Positions 42,270 through 51,913 of a stretch of 64,000 nucleotides of DNA are shown here, in pieces (positions within the stretch are counted from its first letter, which is position 1; the number at the start of each line of letters is the position of its first letter). Made by a program: the position numbers and the translations under genes. The stretch lies in NCBI GenBank assembly GCA_965279035.1, contig OZ257142.1, positions 3,040,001 to 3,104,000 of the forward strand, written 5' to 3'. The notes under the pieces were generated by a model. The model worked only from the letters and a program-made list of their open reading frames with translations, did not search any database and was not told the origin of the DNA. Source of the stretch: Bacteroidia bacterium. Its GTDB lineage: Bacteria; Bacteroidota; Bacteroidia; M30B66.

Positions 42270-43136
42270 TTAAGAAGTTGTATTTCTGTTGATATTTCCT
42301 GAATTCCAGTTATATATGGTCATAGAAGGATTTTGATTTCTTTGGTTATTCACTTTTTCATATTCAGTAGGTGTTAGCATGCCTAATTCACTGTGTGGTC
42401 GTTCATTATTGTAAAGATCCATTGCCTTTTTTGCCATCTCATTGAGATTGCTTTTGGTTAGATTCCATTGAAGTAAGTACTCGTTTTTTATGATGCCATT
42501 TATTCGTTCAACATAAGCATTTTCTTGTGCTATTGACGCCATACTGATTCGTATTCCTTTGCTTTTTAGCATCTCTTTATGCATCGTGCTGATGTATTGT
42601 GAACCTCGATCAGAATGAAAAATGCAATTATCTAAATCGTGCCCTTTCCTTATTTTAAAGGCTTTTCTAAGTGCTTTGATATTTTCCTCCGCTCTTAAGC
42701 TTGGAGACAGATGTAGAGCTAATAAGCGCCTTGAATAGACATCTTCAATACAGATTCCATAATGATGTGCATGCTCTACATCGAGATAAAATATGTCAGA
42801 TTGCCAAAGCATATTCACATCATTAATCGTTATTCCATTTATCAGATTGTCATATATCTCAACGCGTTGAGACCAAGTCGTTCGTATTGGATTTCTCTTC
42901 TTCTTAACCTTATATCCGTACCTAAAACCAATCCGCTCAAAAGCATCCCTACCTATTGGATGGCGTTGTGGATCCATAAAATAGATCTTTCTACAACCCA
43001 TTTGGCGATGATTATGACGCACTTTTGATATGTAACGAACGATACTTTCTTCCACCTTTAATTGGTCGCGACTTCGTCTTTCACTCTTCCAAAGTGCTTG
43101 CTTACTAAGGCCTGCCACTTCTAACAGACTCTTCAT
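42270..43136 (-). CDS. IS3 transposase OrfB (integrase core)
   Basis: WQSDI, HSDRGSQY, ENAYVERINGIIKNE, YNNERPH. Confidence 0.93.
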   Translation of the reverse strand: MKSLLEVAGLSKQALWKSERRSRDQLKVEESIVRYISKVRHNHRQMGCRKIYFMDPQRHPIGRDAFERIGFRYGYKVKKKRNPIRTTWSQRVEIYDNLINGITINDVNMLWQSDIFYLDVEHAHHYGICIEDVYSRRLLALHLSPSLRAEENIKALRKAFKIRKGHDLDNCIFHSDRGSQYISTMHKEMLKSKGIRISMASIAQENAYVERINGIIKNEYLLQWNLTKSNLNEMAKKAMDLYNNERPHSELGMLTPTEYEKVNNQRNQNPSMTIYNWNSGNINRNTTS

Positions 43137-43555
43137 TTTGTACCCGTGCTTTTGTCCTTTTGTGGATCGGAACCAGAGTAAGGCTGGTTTAATAAATTTT
43201 TTTTTAAATCAGTTTGGAACTCCTCATTTGCTAACTCAATGACCTTGCTCAATAAATCAAGTTCCATCTGTTTTCGGCCCAATGCGGCTTCCAATTCACG
43301 GATGCGCTGCTCAAGCTCTTTGCTTTTGTATGATTCGCTTTGCTCTTCCACTACTAAGATTTTTCCTCTCTTCAAATATCGACTATATTGATAAATCCAT
43401 CGATAAACTGAAGTTATTGTTACTCCTAGTTCCTGGGCTACTTTAGATACTGAAGCCACTCCGGATTCAATATCCTTAACTGTTTGACGCTTTAATTCTT
43501 CACTAAAAACTCTTCGTGGCCGAATTACTTCTTTGCGATTTAAATGCTTTTTCAT
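43133..43555 (-). CDS. IS3 transposase OrfA
   Basis: FSEELKR, HTH and leucine zipper; A9 run at 43197-43205 with the -1 frame open into OrfB. Confidence 0.9.
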   Translation of the reverse strand: MKKHLNRKEVIRPRRVFSEELKRQTVKDIESGVASVSKVAQELGVTITSVYRWIYQYSRYLKRGKILVVEEQSESYKSKELEQRIRELEAALGRKQMELDLLSKVIELANEEFQTDLKKNLLNQPYSGSDPQKDKSTGTK

Positions 43556-43603
43556 GTCCCGTTTTTTAAGTTGATTTTGGTCAACCTATTTCAGTCACGG
43601 ACA

Positions 43604-43683
43604 AGAGGTCTTATTACTCTATACTCAGTACTCTATACTAACAACCCAAACTGCTCAATATGATGGTTGAAATGTTTGATGTT
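43604..43683 (-). repeat. Duplicate of the paaZ 3' end and downstream hairpin (continues at 42129-42165 across the IS3)
   Basis: 76/80 identical to 44329-44408; encodes [16 protein letters not shown]. Confidence 0.92.
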
Positions 43684-43707
43684 GTCAACAACTATAAAGT
43701 GAATACC

Positions 43708-44050
43708 TCAACTAATCTCTAAACACGCAAGGTCCTTACATTCCATGTTTTCAATAAATTTCCTCACTCCTTCGGCGAAGTCATTTAGTTTCTTAGCGAT
43801 ATTCTGGGAAGAAGTGTTACCTAAGCGAAGCCATATTACTTTAGGAGGATGTCCGTATAATGTGACTAAATCATAGAAGTCAATATCCTATGTTACTATT
43901 ATGAAAGTCATTTTCTTTCGCAAAATTCCATATTTGCCGATCACTTGAATGATGTAATCCAAAGTCTTTCACATGCTTTGATTCTGGAAACTTTTCAGCA
44001 ATCAAGTTTTAAACACGAAAAGAAATGTTTTGATCAAAAAGCAATTTCAC
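43708..44050 (-). pseudogene. DUF5615 PIN-like toxin, inactivated
   Basis: VKLLFDQNISFRV* ... SDRQIWNFAKEN, frameshift, DIDF...GHPPKVIWLRLGNTS; GTGA overlap with the DUF433 stop. Confidence 0.85.
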
Positions 44051-44271
44051 GATGCAATTCTAATTTTATGCTCTCTGTCGGCAGCATATTCAAGAGCTGC
44101 TTTAATATCCTCATCTGTAAGATCAGGGTAGTCTTGTAGTATTTCACTTGAAGACATTCCTGATGCTAACCAACTTAAGATATCATATACAGAAATCCTC
44201 ATGCCTCTAATACAAGGCTTTCCAAATCGAATCTGAGGATCAATGGTAATTATTTCTGAATAATGCTTCAT
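44047..44271 (-). CDS. DUF433 antitoxin
   Basis: RFGKPCIRGMRISVYDIL, EILQDYPDL...AALEYA. Confidence 0.92.
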   Translation of the reverse strand: MKHYSEIITIDPQIRFGKPCIRGMRISVYDILSWLASGMSSSEILQDYPDLTDEDIKAALEYAADREHKIRIAS

Positions 44272-44301
44272 ACTGATAAAGATAGAAAAATTCAAATGAC
44301 T

Positions 44302-44361
44302 GTATTAAGTACAAAGTATCAAGTACAAAGAGGTCTTAATACTCTATACTCAGTACTCTAT
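44302..44361 (-). repeat. Inverted heptamer-repeat hairpin at the paaZ stop
   Basis: AAGTACA/AAGTATC units facing TACTCTA/TACTCAG units; pairing needs G-U on the minus-strand RNA. Confidence 0.7.
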
Positions 44362-46856
44362 ACTAACATCCCAAACTGCTCAAAATGATGGTTGAAATGC
44401 TTGATGTTAATCAGATCCCATTCAAATTTGTCGAGCATGCCAAAGACCATGTTTTTGGTTTGGGCGTCGGGGTTGGCTTTGAAATAGGCTTCAAATGCAT
44501 CCCAGGATTCGAGGAGTTTGGCTTTAGCCGTTTTGAGGTCGGCGTGGCGGAGTGGTTCGAGGCTATCTGGAGACATAAGCGGATGCTTGAAATCGCGCGG
44601 CATGGCTCTGAAATTATACACCGAATCGTGGAATTTTTCGAGGTGTTCGGCTGGAGTAGAGAATTCAAAATCTTGGATTTCACCAGCGGCAATACGTAAG
44701 GTAAATTCCATGTGCTCTACCATGTGTTGCGGCGTTAATTGGCCCCAAGCAGCAGGTGTGTTTTCCTTTAATTTAGCGAGGAAACCTTCCACATTGGCGC
44801 GGGTAATTTGCACAAATGGCGATTTCTTTTGCACCATGGTCAAAATGGTGGCGATGGCTACAAGCTCGTCGTTTTGATCGAACACCTCTACAAACCATTT
44901 CACAATGCCACATGGAATTTCTTTGCCCACACTGTCGCGCTCAATTTTCTGTTTGCAGGTCAAACGCACGTAAATCGTGTCGTTATGGTAAATAGGGCGC
45001 ACAAAGCGACATTCTTCCAAGCCATAATTCGCAGCCACTGGACCTTTGTTCGGATAAACGAATAATCCCGCAGCAGCCGAAAGAATGAAATAGCCGTGAG
45101 CCGTACGTTTTTCGAAAATGCTGCCTTTAAGGGAAGTAATATCGGTATGCGCATAGAAATGATCCCAGCTTACGTTAGCAAAGCTGATGATATCGGAATC
45201 GGTCACCGTGCGCTTATGCGTTTTGAGCGACATGCCCGGTTGAATGTCTTCCCAATGGTATTTAAACGGATGTTCTGCCGCTTCTTTATAAGCCGCATTC
45301 GGCTGATAAATGCCCGTAATTTCGGTCAACGTAGTTGGACTACCCTGAATAGCACAGCGTTGCATGTAATGCTTAATTCCGCGCACACCGCCCATCTCTT
45401 CGCCCCCACCGGCACGACCTGGTCCGCCGTGCACCAATAATGGAAGCGGAGAACCATGTCCTGTACTTTGTTTCGCATTTTCGCGATTGAGCACGAGGAT
45501 ACGTCCGTGATGCGTAGCCGATTGAATCACATAGTCTTTCGCCAAGTGATCATCATTGGTTACAATAGAAGAAACCAAGGAACCTTTTCCTAAGCGCGCT
45601 AAATCAACGGCTTCGTCGATGGTGCTGTATGGCATCAAGGTAGAAACAGGACCAAAGGCTTCGGTTTCGTGCACACGCATGTTCTCGAACGGCTTTTCTT
45701 CACGCAGTAAAATAGGCGCAATGAAAGCTCCTTTTTCGGCATCGGCACCAATCAATTCGAGGGTATCTACATTTCCATAAACGATAGAAGCGGTTTCGGC
45801 AATTTCGGCTACGCGTTCTTTCACTTCACGCACTTGATCTTTGCTCACCAAAGAACCCATGCGCACTTCTTTCAAGCGTGGATCACCCAAGCTCACTTTA
45901 TCGAGTGCCTTACTGAGTGCTACCTGCACATCGTCCATGTAATTAGCAGGCACAATCAAGCGGCGAATGGCAGTACATTTCTGTCCAGCTTTCACGGTAA
46001 TTTCGGAACGTGCCTGACTGATAAACAAATCGAATTCAGGTGTTCCTGGAGCAGCATCTAGCCCTAAAACAGAGCTATTGAGTGAGTCGGCCTCCATGTT
46101 AAATGGGACAGATTCGGCAATAATGCGTGGATGCGCTTTAAGTTTTCTTCCGGTGGATGCAGAGCCGGTGAAGGTCACTACATCTTGGTCGTTTAGGTGA
46201 TTGAGCATATCGCCCGCTGAACCACAAATAAGTTGCAAAGCACCTTCGGGAAGAATGTTCGACGCAATGATTTCGCGCACGACCGCTTCTGTCAAATAGG
46301 ACGTTGAAGTAGCAGGTTTCACTACTGCAGGCACGCCCGCCATCCAGTTCACCGCACATTTTTCGAGCATCCCCCAAATAGGGAAATTGAAGGCATTGAT
46401 GTGCACCGCCACTCCGCGTTTAGGAACGAGGATATGATGAGCCATAAAGCGTCCACCACGCGAAAGGTCAATCGGATCACCTTCCACATGATAAGGCTGA
46501 TTGGGAAATAATTTACGCAAGGAAGCATTGGCAAACAGGTTCCCAAAACCACCTTCAATATCAATCCAACTATCGACACGCGTTGCCCCGGTACGATAGG
46601 AAATTTCGTAGAACTGTTCCTTGCGTTTGCTCAGGTACAGCGCGAGTTTCTTAATCATGTTCCCACGTTCCTGAAAGGTCATTCGGCGCAGTTTCTCCCC
46701 GCCCTTAGTGCGACCATAATGGAGGATTTCGCCAAAATTCAATCCTTCGGCAGTAGCGTGGCAAATCACTTCACCCGTCACCGAATCGATGAGCGGAACA
46801 CCTTCGCCTTGTCCGTCGGTCCAGTGGCCGTTTACATAATTTTGAAGCTTAGTCAT
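44358..46856 (-). CDS. paaZ: Bifunctional aldehyde dehydrogenase/MaoC oxepin-CoA hydrolase with extra C-terminal domain
   Basis: [50 protein letters not shown]. Confidence 0.95.
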   Translation of the reverse strand: MTKLQNYVNGHWTDGQGEGVPLIDSVTGEVICHATAEGLNFGEILHYGRTKGGEKLRRMTFQERGNMIKKLALYLSKRKEQFYEISYRTGATRVDSWIDIEGGFGNLFANASLRKLFPNQPYHVEGDPIDLSRGGRFMAHHILVPKRGVAVHINAFNFPIWGMLEKCAVNWMAGVPAVVKPATSTSYLTEAVVREIIASNILPEGALQLICGSAGDMLNHLNDQDVVTFTGSASTGRKLKAHPRIIAESVPFNMEADSLNSSVLGLDAAPGTPEFDLFISQARSEITVKAGQKCTAIRRLIVPANYMDDVQVALSKALDKVSLGDPRLKEVRMGSLVSKDQVREVKERVAEIAETASIVYGNVDTLELIGADAEKGAFIAPILLREEKPFENMRVHETEAFGPVSTLMPYSTIDEAVDLARLGKGSLVSSIVTNDDHLAKDYVIQSATHHGRILVLNRENAKQSTGHGSPLPLLVHGGPGRAGGGEEMGGVRGIKHYMQRCAIQGSPTTLTEITGIYQPNAAYKEAAEHPFKYHWEDIQPGMSLKTHKRTVTDSDIISFANVSWDHFYAHTDITSLKGSIFEKRTAHGYFILSAAAGLFVYPNKGPVAANYGLEECRFVRPIYHNDTIYVRLTCKQKIERDSVGKEIPCGIVKWFVEVFDQNDELVAIATILTMVQKKSPFVQITRANVEGFLAKLKENTPAAWGQLTPQHMVEHMEFTLRIAAGEIQDFEFSTPAEHLEKFHDSVYNFRAMPRDFKHPLMSPDSLEPLRHADLKTAKAKLLESWDAFEAYFKANPDAQTKNMVFGMLDKFEWDLINIKHFNHHFEQFGMLV

Positions 46857-46927
46857 GGTATCTTTATGCTGTTAAAACCTATTCAAAGAAATGGGTTTAT
46901 TTTATTGTTGACGATTGAACTGTAGGA

Positions 46928-47233
46928 TTAAAAATCAACGTTGAATTTCAATTGACCACCAAAGCCTTCACGAATGATGCGCATAAGTGTTGACAATCGA
47001 ATATCGCTTGCATTGTTTTCAATTCTTGAAATGTAATTTTTTGTAGTGCCACATTTCAGCGCTATTTCTTCCTGTGTAAGGCCTTTTTCTTTCCGTAATT
47101 CTTGAAGTAAAACACCTAATTTAAATACCTCGAATCCCTCTTCTAATTCCTCACGAAGAGCCGTCCCGCGCTTACCATATTGACTCTCAAGATGATCTTC
47201 AAACGAGGTCAAATTATTATTGGCTTTTTTCAT
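46928..47233 (-). CDS. XRE HTH protein, HigA-like orphan antitoxin
   Basis: RKEKGLTQEEIA...YISRIEN...LSTL; no toxin ORF upstream. Confidence 0.8.
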   Translation of the reverse strand: MKKANNNLTSFEDHLESQYGKRGTALREELEEGFEVFKLGVLLQELRKEKGLTQEEIALKCGTTKNYISRIENNASDIRLSTLMRIIREGFGGQLKFNVDF

Positions 47234-47332
47234 GATTGCATTTATTTGAAGGTACAAGCGAAGCAATTTCTAATTTAAATTCAAGGTTTGAAAGCTTTTA
47301 CCGATTGAAACAACATCAAATAGGAAAATTCA

Positions 47333-48538
47333 TCAAGCGCGTTCTATAATGGCCGCGAAGCCTTGTCCAACACCAATACACATGGTGATAAGGGCATAGC
47401 GTTTACCAGTCAATTGTAATTCGAGGGCAGCAGAATAGGCAATGCGCGCACCGGTCACTCCGAGTGGATGTCCAATGGCGATGCTTCCACCGTTTGGATT
47501 TAAGCGAGGATCATTATCGGCAAATCCCCATGCACGTGTACAGGCCAATGCTTGAGCAGCAAAGGCTTCGTTGAGTTCGATGATGTCCATATCGGCCATA
47601 GTCAAACCAGCTTTTGCCAAAGCACGGTTGCTGGCTTCTACCGGACCAATGCCCATGATGCGCGGCTCAACACCTACCACCGCAGAGCTAACAATGCGTG
47701 CTAAGGGTTTTAAACCGTATCGTTTTACGGCTTCTTCGGATGCGATGATGGTCGCTGCAGCGCCATCGTTCAAACCGGAAGCATTACCAGCAGTCACGGT
47801 TCCACCCTCCTTACGAAAGGCTGGACGTAATTTCGCCAAACCTTCGAGGCTTGTAGTAGGTTTTACAAATTCGTCTTTTTCAAAGGATAAAGGATCACCT
47901 TTTCGTTGCGGAATAAGCACAGGAACAATCTCTTTTGCCAAGCGTCCAGAAGACTGAGCAGCAGCGGCTTTTAGTTGACTATTCAATGCAAAAGTATCTT
48001 GGTCTTCGCGTGAGATATGGTATTGATCGACCAAGTTTTCGGCTGTTTCGCCCATGGCATCGGTACCATACAAGTTGTGCATTTTCGGGTTGATGAAACG
48101 CCATCCGAAGCTGGAATCGTACATTTTAGAATCGGTTCCAAAAGCGCTAGAAGGCTTGGAAATAACGAGCGGACCGCGGGTCATGTTTTCTACACCACCA
48201 GCAATAAACACGTGACCATCGCCTGCTTTAATAGCGCGGTTCGCCCCAATGATGGCAGCTAATCCAGAACTACACAAACGATTTACGGTTTCGCCCGGAA
48301 CGGTTACAGGTAAACCCGCTAACAATGCCGCCATTCGCGCCACGTTTCTGTTGTCTTCACCCGCCTGATTGGCACAGCCTAAAATCACATCGTCGTAATC
48401 GGCAGCAGGAATAGCAGGATTGCGTTCCACCACGGTTTTAATCACCAATGCCGCAAGATCGTCGGTACGAACAGCCGATAAGGTTCCTTGATAACTTCCA
48501 ATCGGAGTGCGCACCCCGTCAATGATATATGCTTCCAT
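47333..48538 (-). CDS. paaJ: 3-oxoadipyl-CoA thiolase (PaaJ/PcaF)
   Basis: NQAGEDNRNVARM, NRLCSSG, NEAFA, GHPLG, CIGVGQG. Confidence 0.93.
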   Translation of the reverse strand: MEAYIIDGVRTPIGSYQGTLSAVRTDDLAALVIKTVVERNPAIPAADYDDVILGCANQAGEDNRNVARMAALLAGLPVTVPGETVNRLCSSGLAAIIGANRAIKAGDGHVFIAGGVENMTRGPLVISKPSSAFGTDSKMYDSSFGWRFINPKMHNLYGTDAMGETAENLVDQYHISREDQDTFALNSQLKAAAAQSSGRLAKEIVPVLIPQRKGDPLSFEKDEFVKPTTSLEGLAKLRPAFRKEGGTVTAGNASGLNDGAAATIIASEEAVKRYGLKPLARIVSSAVVGVEPRIMGIGPVEASNRALAKAGLTMADMDIIELNEAFAAQALACTRAWGFADNDPRLNPNGGSIAIGHPLGVTGARIAYSAALELQLTGKRYALITMCIGVGQGFAAIIERA

Positions 48539-48594
48539 TTGAATCGCTTGAAATGCCGTTTAGGCGGGGCAAAATTAGCAAGATTCCCTTATGG

Positions 48595-48944
48595 TTGATG
48601 TGCTGATTTGAGGATGTTTTGATTTGAAAATTTGAAGATTTGAAAATGTTTTAGGTCTCGTTATAAAAGAACATTGCGTTTTAATAAGTATGTCCTTTTA
48701 GGAATACTAATCATTCAATGAGTATTTAGTAATGGACTATTTTCAAATTAAAAAAAAACTTTTCGTTTACTCAGCCTACGACTAATGCTCAGGCCTCGAA
48801 AAAACTCCAACTTCCCACCTAATAGGTGGGCAAGGAAATTTTCAAATTATATAACCAGCACATTGCTCAATATGCCCTCGATAATTGCTAAGTAAACGAA
48901 ATGAAATCCATCTTCAAATTTTCAAATTCCCTAATTTTCAAATT
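48595..48944. repeat. Inverted octamer-repeat arms enclosing small REP-like hairpins
   Basis: ATTTGAAAATTTGAAGAT (48622-48639) is the exact reverse complement of 48910-48927; internal CCCACCT-AAT-AGGTGGG hairpin. Confidence 0.75.
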
Positions 48945-49632
48945 AAAAATCCATCTTCTTACCATTCCAAACACCTTCACAACCCATTACCTGAAATCGA
49001 GTAAACAATTCTTCGCTATACCAATTTCGCTGGCGTGATTTGCTAATGACTTTGGCGTGTTCGGGCGATTTATAGGCATATTGTTGCATGGCTTCGAGAT
49101 TACGCCAAATACTGAATGTTGCTTGATAGATTAAGGGTTTTTCACCTAGACCGATACTGAGTAATAAATCTGGTTGATTTTTTAAAATACTTTTTGCGAC
49201 AGATGTATTGAGTAGGAATTCGGGCAATCGTTTGATGCGGATTTTAGCTCGTGTAATAACTGCAATGGGAGAATCGGCATTTGTTTTTAAGGGTGAAATG
49301 GGTTCGAATGGATTGGCACCATTCCATAATCCATGAGTCCGAATGGGCTGGAGAAAGCTGTTCATTTGCTCACTACAACGTTCATTAGCTTCAAGCGCAA
49401 AGGAATTTTCTGTTTGAAACAGCGACCATGCTTCGGTTGATTCCCAAATACCCAAGAATGCATACACACTCCAATTAGGCCAAAGTCCGAATCCTCCATT
49501 ACCGCCGCTACCCATGAGTTTGTAGAATTTCAAGCCTGGGATATTCTTCAGTTTCGCATGCGCTAATTGCATTTGAGCAAATGCCCAGAATTGATTTTTA
49601 GGAGGATATCGAAATAAAGTTAGTGTAGTCAA
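48943..49632 (-). CDS. CrtA (spheroidene monooxygenase)-like protein
   Basis: FYKLMGSG, HGLWNG, VITRAKI, GLGEKPL...QATFSIW, WYSEELFTRF. Confidence 0.7.
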   Translation of the reverse strand: MTTLTLFRYPPKNQFWAFAQMQLAHAKLKNIPGLKFYKLMGSGGNGGFGLWPNWSVYAFLGIWESTEAWSLFQTENSFALEANERCSEQMNSFLQPIRTHGLWNGANPFEPISPLKTNADSPIAVITRAKIRIKRLPEFLLNTSVAKSILKNQPDLLLSIGLGEKPLIYQATFSIWRNLEAMQQYAYKSPEHAKVISKSRQRNWYSEELFTRFQVMGCEGVWNGKKMDF

Positions 49633-49838
49633 AAGTTGGGAATTCGACTCCTAAGGAAAATCGTTTATTGTCGAATTATATAGTCAAACCCATGACTGGG
49701 ATGAATGTTTTACTAATCTAAATATTTCAAATAAATATTAATGAATTTTAGATTTATTGGGAAATGTTTTTCAAATAGATTATTGGATTTTACGAGAAAT
49801 AAAATTTAAAGAAGGTTGGTTAATGATAGCAGTGAAAT

Positions 49839-49970
49839 TGCGTGAGGGATTGCCTACCTGCAGCAGGCAGGCAGCGGAAATCTTTTGTGAGGCACGAACA
49901 AAAATTGCAGCGTAAAGCCCGGCCCGTCTCGCTTACCGAAGCATATTACGCAAGTAAGAAGGGGCACGCC
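49839..49970 (+). repeat. REP-like/miniature repeat element with nested palindrome
   Basis: Ends TGCGTGAGGGAT...GGGCACGCC are reverse complements of the ends of 51706-51840; nested TGCCTACCTGCAGCAGGCAGGCA at 49851-49873. Confidence 0.8.
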
Positions 49971-49992
49971 ATTAATTTTCTAATCAAAAAAA

Positions 49993-50062
49993 CAGCACAT
50001 CATCTCACTATCACACCAGCACATGAAAACAGCACACCAGCACATTAACACATCAGCACATT
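49993..50062. repeat. Degenerate CAGCACAT octamer tract
   Basis: Several CAGCACA units; 22/23 reverse-complement match to 54865-54887. Confidence 0.75.
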
Positions 50063-50066
50063 GGAA

Positions 50067-50471
50067 TTATTCCCACATCTTCTCCGTACGATACACCGTT
50101 CCTTTGAACAGGGCGACTAAAGTATCTCCGCGCAGAATTTCAACTCGGTAAAAGGAGAAGCGGTTTTTTAGAGATTCTTCTTTGGCGATGGCGATGATTT
50201 TATCACCCACAACAAGCGGTTCGATATGATTGATGGACGTATCGATGCTGAGGGATTGTCGCCCATGGGAATTGGAGGCAAACGCCAAGCAACTATCGGC
50301 AATAGAATAGCTAATGCCGCCATGAGCAATGCCAAAACCGTTGAGCATTTCAGCACGAATTTCCATGGATAATTGGCACTTTCCGTTTGAAATATGATCG
50401 ACCTGAATGCCTAGCCATTGACTGAAAGCATCCTTATTCATCATTTTGGAAATAATTTCTGCTGGTGTCAT
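50067..50471 (-). CDS. paaI: Phenylacetyl-CoA thioesterase (hotdog fold)
   Basis: MLNGFGIAHGG...ADS; paa context. Confidence 0.9.
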   Translation of the reverse strand: MTPAEIISKMMNKDAFSQWLGIQVDHISNGKCQLSMEIRAEMLNGFGIAHGGISYSIADSCLAFASNSHGRQSLSIDTSINHIEPLVVGDKIIAIAKEESLKNRFSFYRVEILRGDTLVALFKGTVYRTEKMWE

Positions 50472-50472
50472 G

Positions 50473-51636
50473 TTAGTCGAAAAATGAGGATCCTTCTCGT
50501 TTCATTCTGCGTAACAAAGCGCTGCAACGATAACGGTCTTCGTGGTATTCATTATACAATTCATCGAGTTGATCAACACACCAATCGATACCTTTTTCTT
50601 CGCCCCAGACTAGCAATCCTTTGGGATAATTCACTCCTTTAGTCATTGCCATATCGATATCGTGTGCCGACGCAACATTGAGGAAAAGGGCATCAGCTGC
50701 TTCGTTGATAAGCATAACTAAAATACGATCAGCAATCTCGTCCTGAAGCTCTTTATTGTCTTGCGCTTCGGGCTTTTCGGCACCTTCGCTATAATCGTAA
50801 TAACCACGTCCTGATTTACGCCCGAAAAATCCTGCTTCAGACAAACGTTTTTGCGTGAATGAAGGCTTATAACGTGGATCGAAATAGAAGGATGTGAAGA
50901 CCGATTCGGTGACAGCATAATTCACGTCGTTGCCAATAAAATCCATGAGTTCGAAAGGTCCCATGCGAAATCCGAGCGCTTTCATAGCCTGATCGATGGT
51001 AGCAAAATCGGCAGCTCCTTCTTCGTACAAGCGAATGGCTTCACTGTAAAACGGACGTGCCACACGGTTGACAATGAATCCAGGCGTGTCTTTACACACT
51101 GCCACAGTTTTTTTCCAAGCAGTGATAGTGGAACTTATTTGATCCCGCACTTCGGTGGAAGTTTGCACAGCAGGAATGACTTCAACCAATTGCATAAGTG
51201 GCGCTGGATTGAAGAAGTGAATCCCTATTACGCGATTCGATTTTTTGCAGGATGCTGCAATGGATGCGATGGATAATGAACTGGTATTAGATGCAAGAAT
51301 ACACTCTTCGGAAACGATGCTTTCTAATTCTGAAAATAAATTGCGTTTTACTTCCAAATTCTCCACAATGGCTTCAATTACCAATTGAGCATTTGTCAAG
51401 GCCGACACGGAACTTTCATAAAGAATATTGCCTGCAATTCTTACACTTTCTTCATGGTTAATTTTTCCTTTTTCAACCAATTTAGCAAGCGTTGTTTGCA
51501 GGTTCATTTCTGCTTTTTTCAAAGCTTCAGGAAAGGCATCTACTAATTGAACAGAACAACCGGCAGTTGCGGCTACTTGGGCAATTCCGCTACCCATTGT
51601 TCCTGCTCCTATTACGGCAATATGGTGTAAATCCAT
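50473..51636 (-). CDS. paaH: 3-hydroxyacyl-CoA dehydrogenase
   Basis: GAGTMGSG, EAIVE, SNTSS, HFFNP, PGFIVNR. Confidence 0.92.
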   Translation of the reverse strand: MDLHHIAVIGAGTMGSGIAQVAATAGCSVQLVDAFPEALKKAEMNLQTTLAKLVEKGKINHEESVRIAGNILYESSVSALTNAQLVIEAIVENLEVKRNLFSELESIVSEECILASNTSSLSIASIAASCKKSNRVIGIHFFNPAPLMQLVEVIPAVQTSTEVRDQISSTITAWKKTVAVCKDTPGFIVNRVARPFYSEAIRLYEEGAADFATIDQAMKALGFRMGPFELMDFIGNDVNYAVTESVFTSFYFDPRYKPSFTQKRLSEAGFFGRKSGRGYYDYSEGAEKPEAQDNKELQDEIADRILVMLINEAADALFLNVASAHDIDMAMTKGVNYPKGLLVWGEEKGIDWCVDQLDELYNEYHEDRYRCSALLRRMKREGSSFFD

Positions 51637-51705
51637 TTTTATTTATTAAACGTCAAACTTAATTATTGAAATGCATTTATAGCATAGCAATTTTTGATTG
51701 AATTA

Positions 51706-51840
51706 GGGCGTGCCCAAAATAATTTAATCTAAAACTTCAGCCTCAAGATCGGGGCGGGCTATACGCTACAAGTCCTCGCTACTTGCCTTCGCTATTGCTT
51801 CGGCAATCGCTGTGGACTTTTCGCTACTATCCCTCACGCA
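51706..51840 (-). repeat. REP-like/miniature repeat element, inverted relative of 49839-49970
   Basis: GGGCGTGCCC...CGGGCTATACGCTAC...ATCCCTCACGCA; GC-rich in an AT-rich spacer. Confidence 0.8.
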
Positions 51841-51913
51841 AGGTTGAAATTCTTAGTCTACTGTGTCTTTGAAAATTAATTGAGAGGTAATTATCAAGAT
51901 GTATTAATTAAAA

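Larger units (their letters stand above)
42166..43603 (-). mobile_element. IS3-family insertion sequence, complete
   Basis: 24-bp IRs TGTCCnTGnCTnAAATAGGTTGAC (3 mismatches); 3-bp target duplication AGA; orfA/orfB organisation. Confidence 0.95.

Noticed and set aside
44385-48262. Many overlapping 60-130 aa ORFs in paaZ and paaJ
   Set aside because: Antisense or shadow frames of well-supported, GC-richer genes
49842-50048. 68-aa ORF
   Set aside because: Translation of the REP-like element and octamer tract
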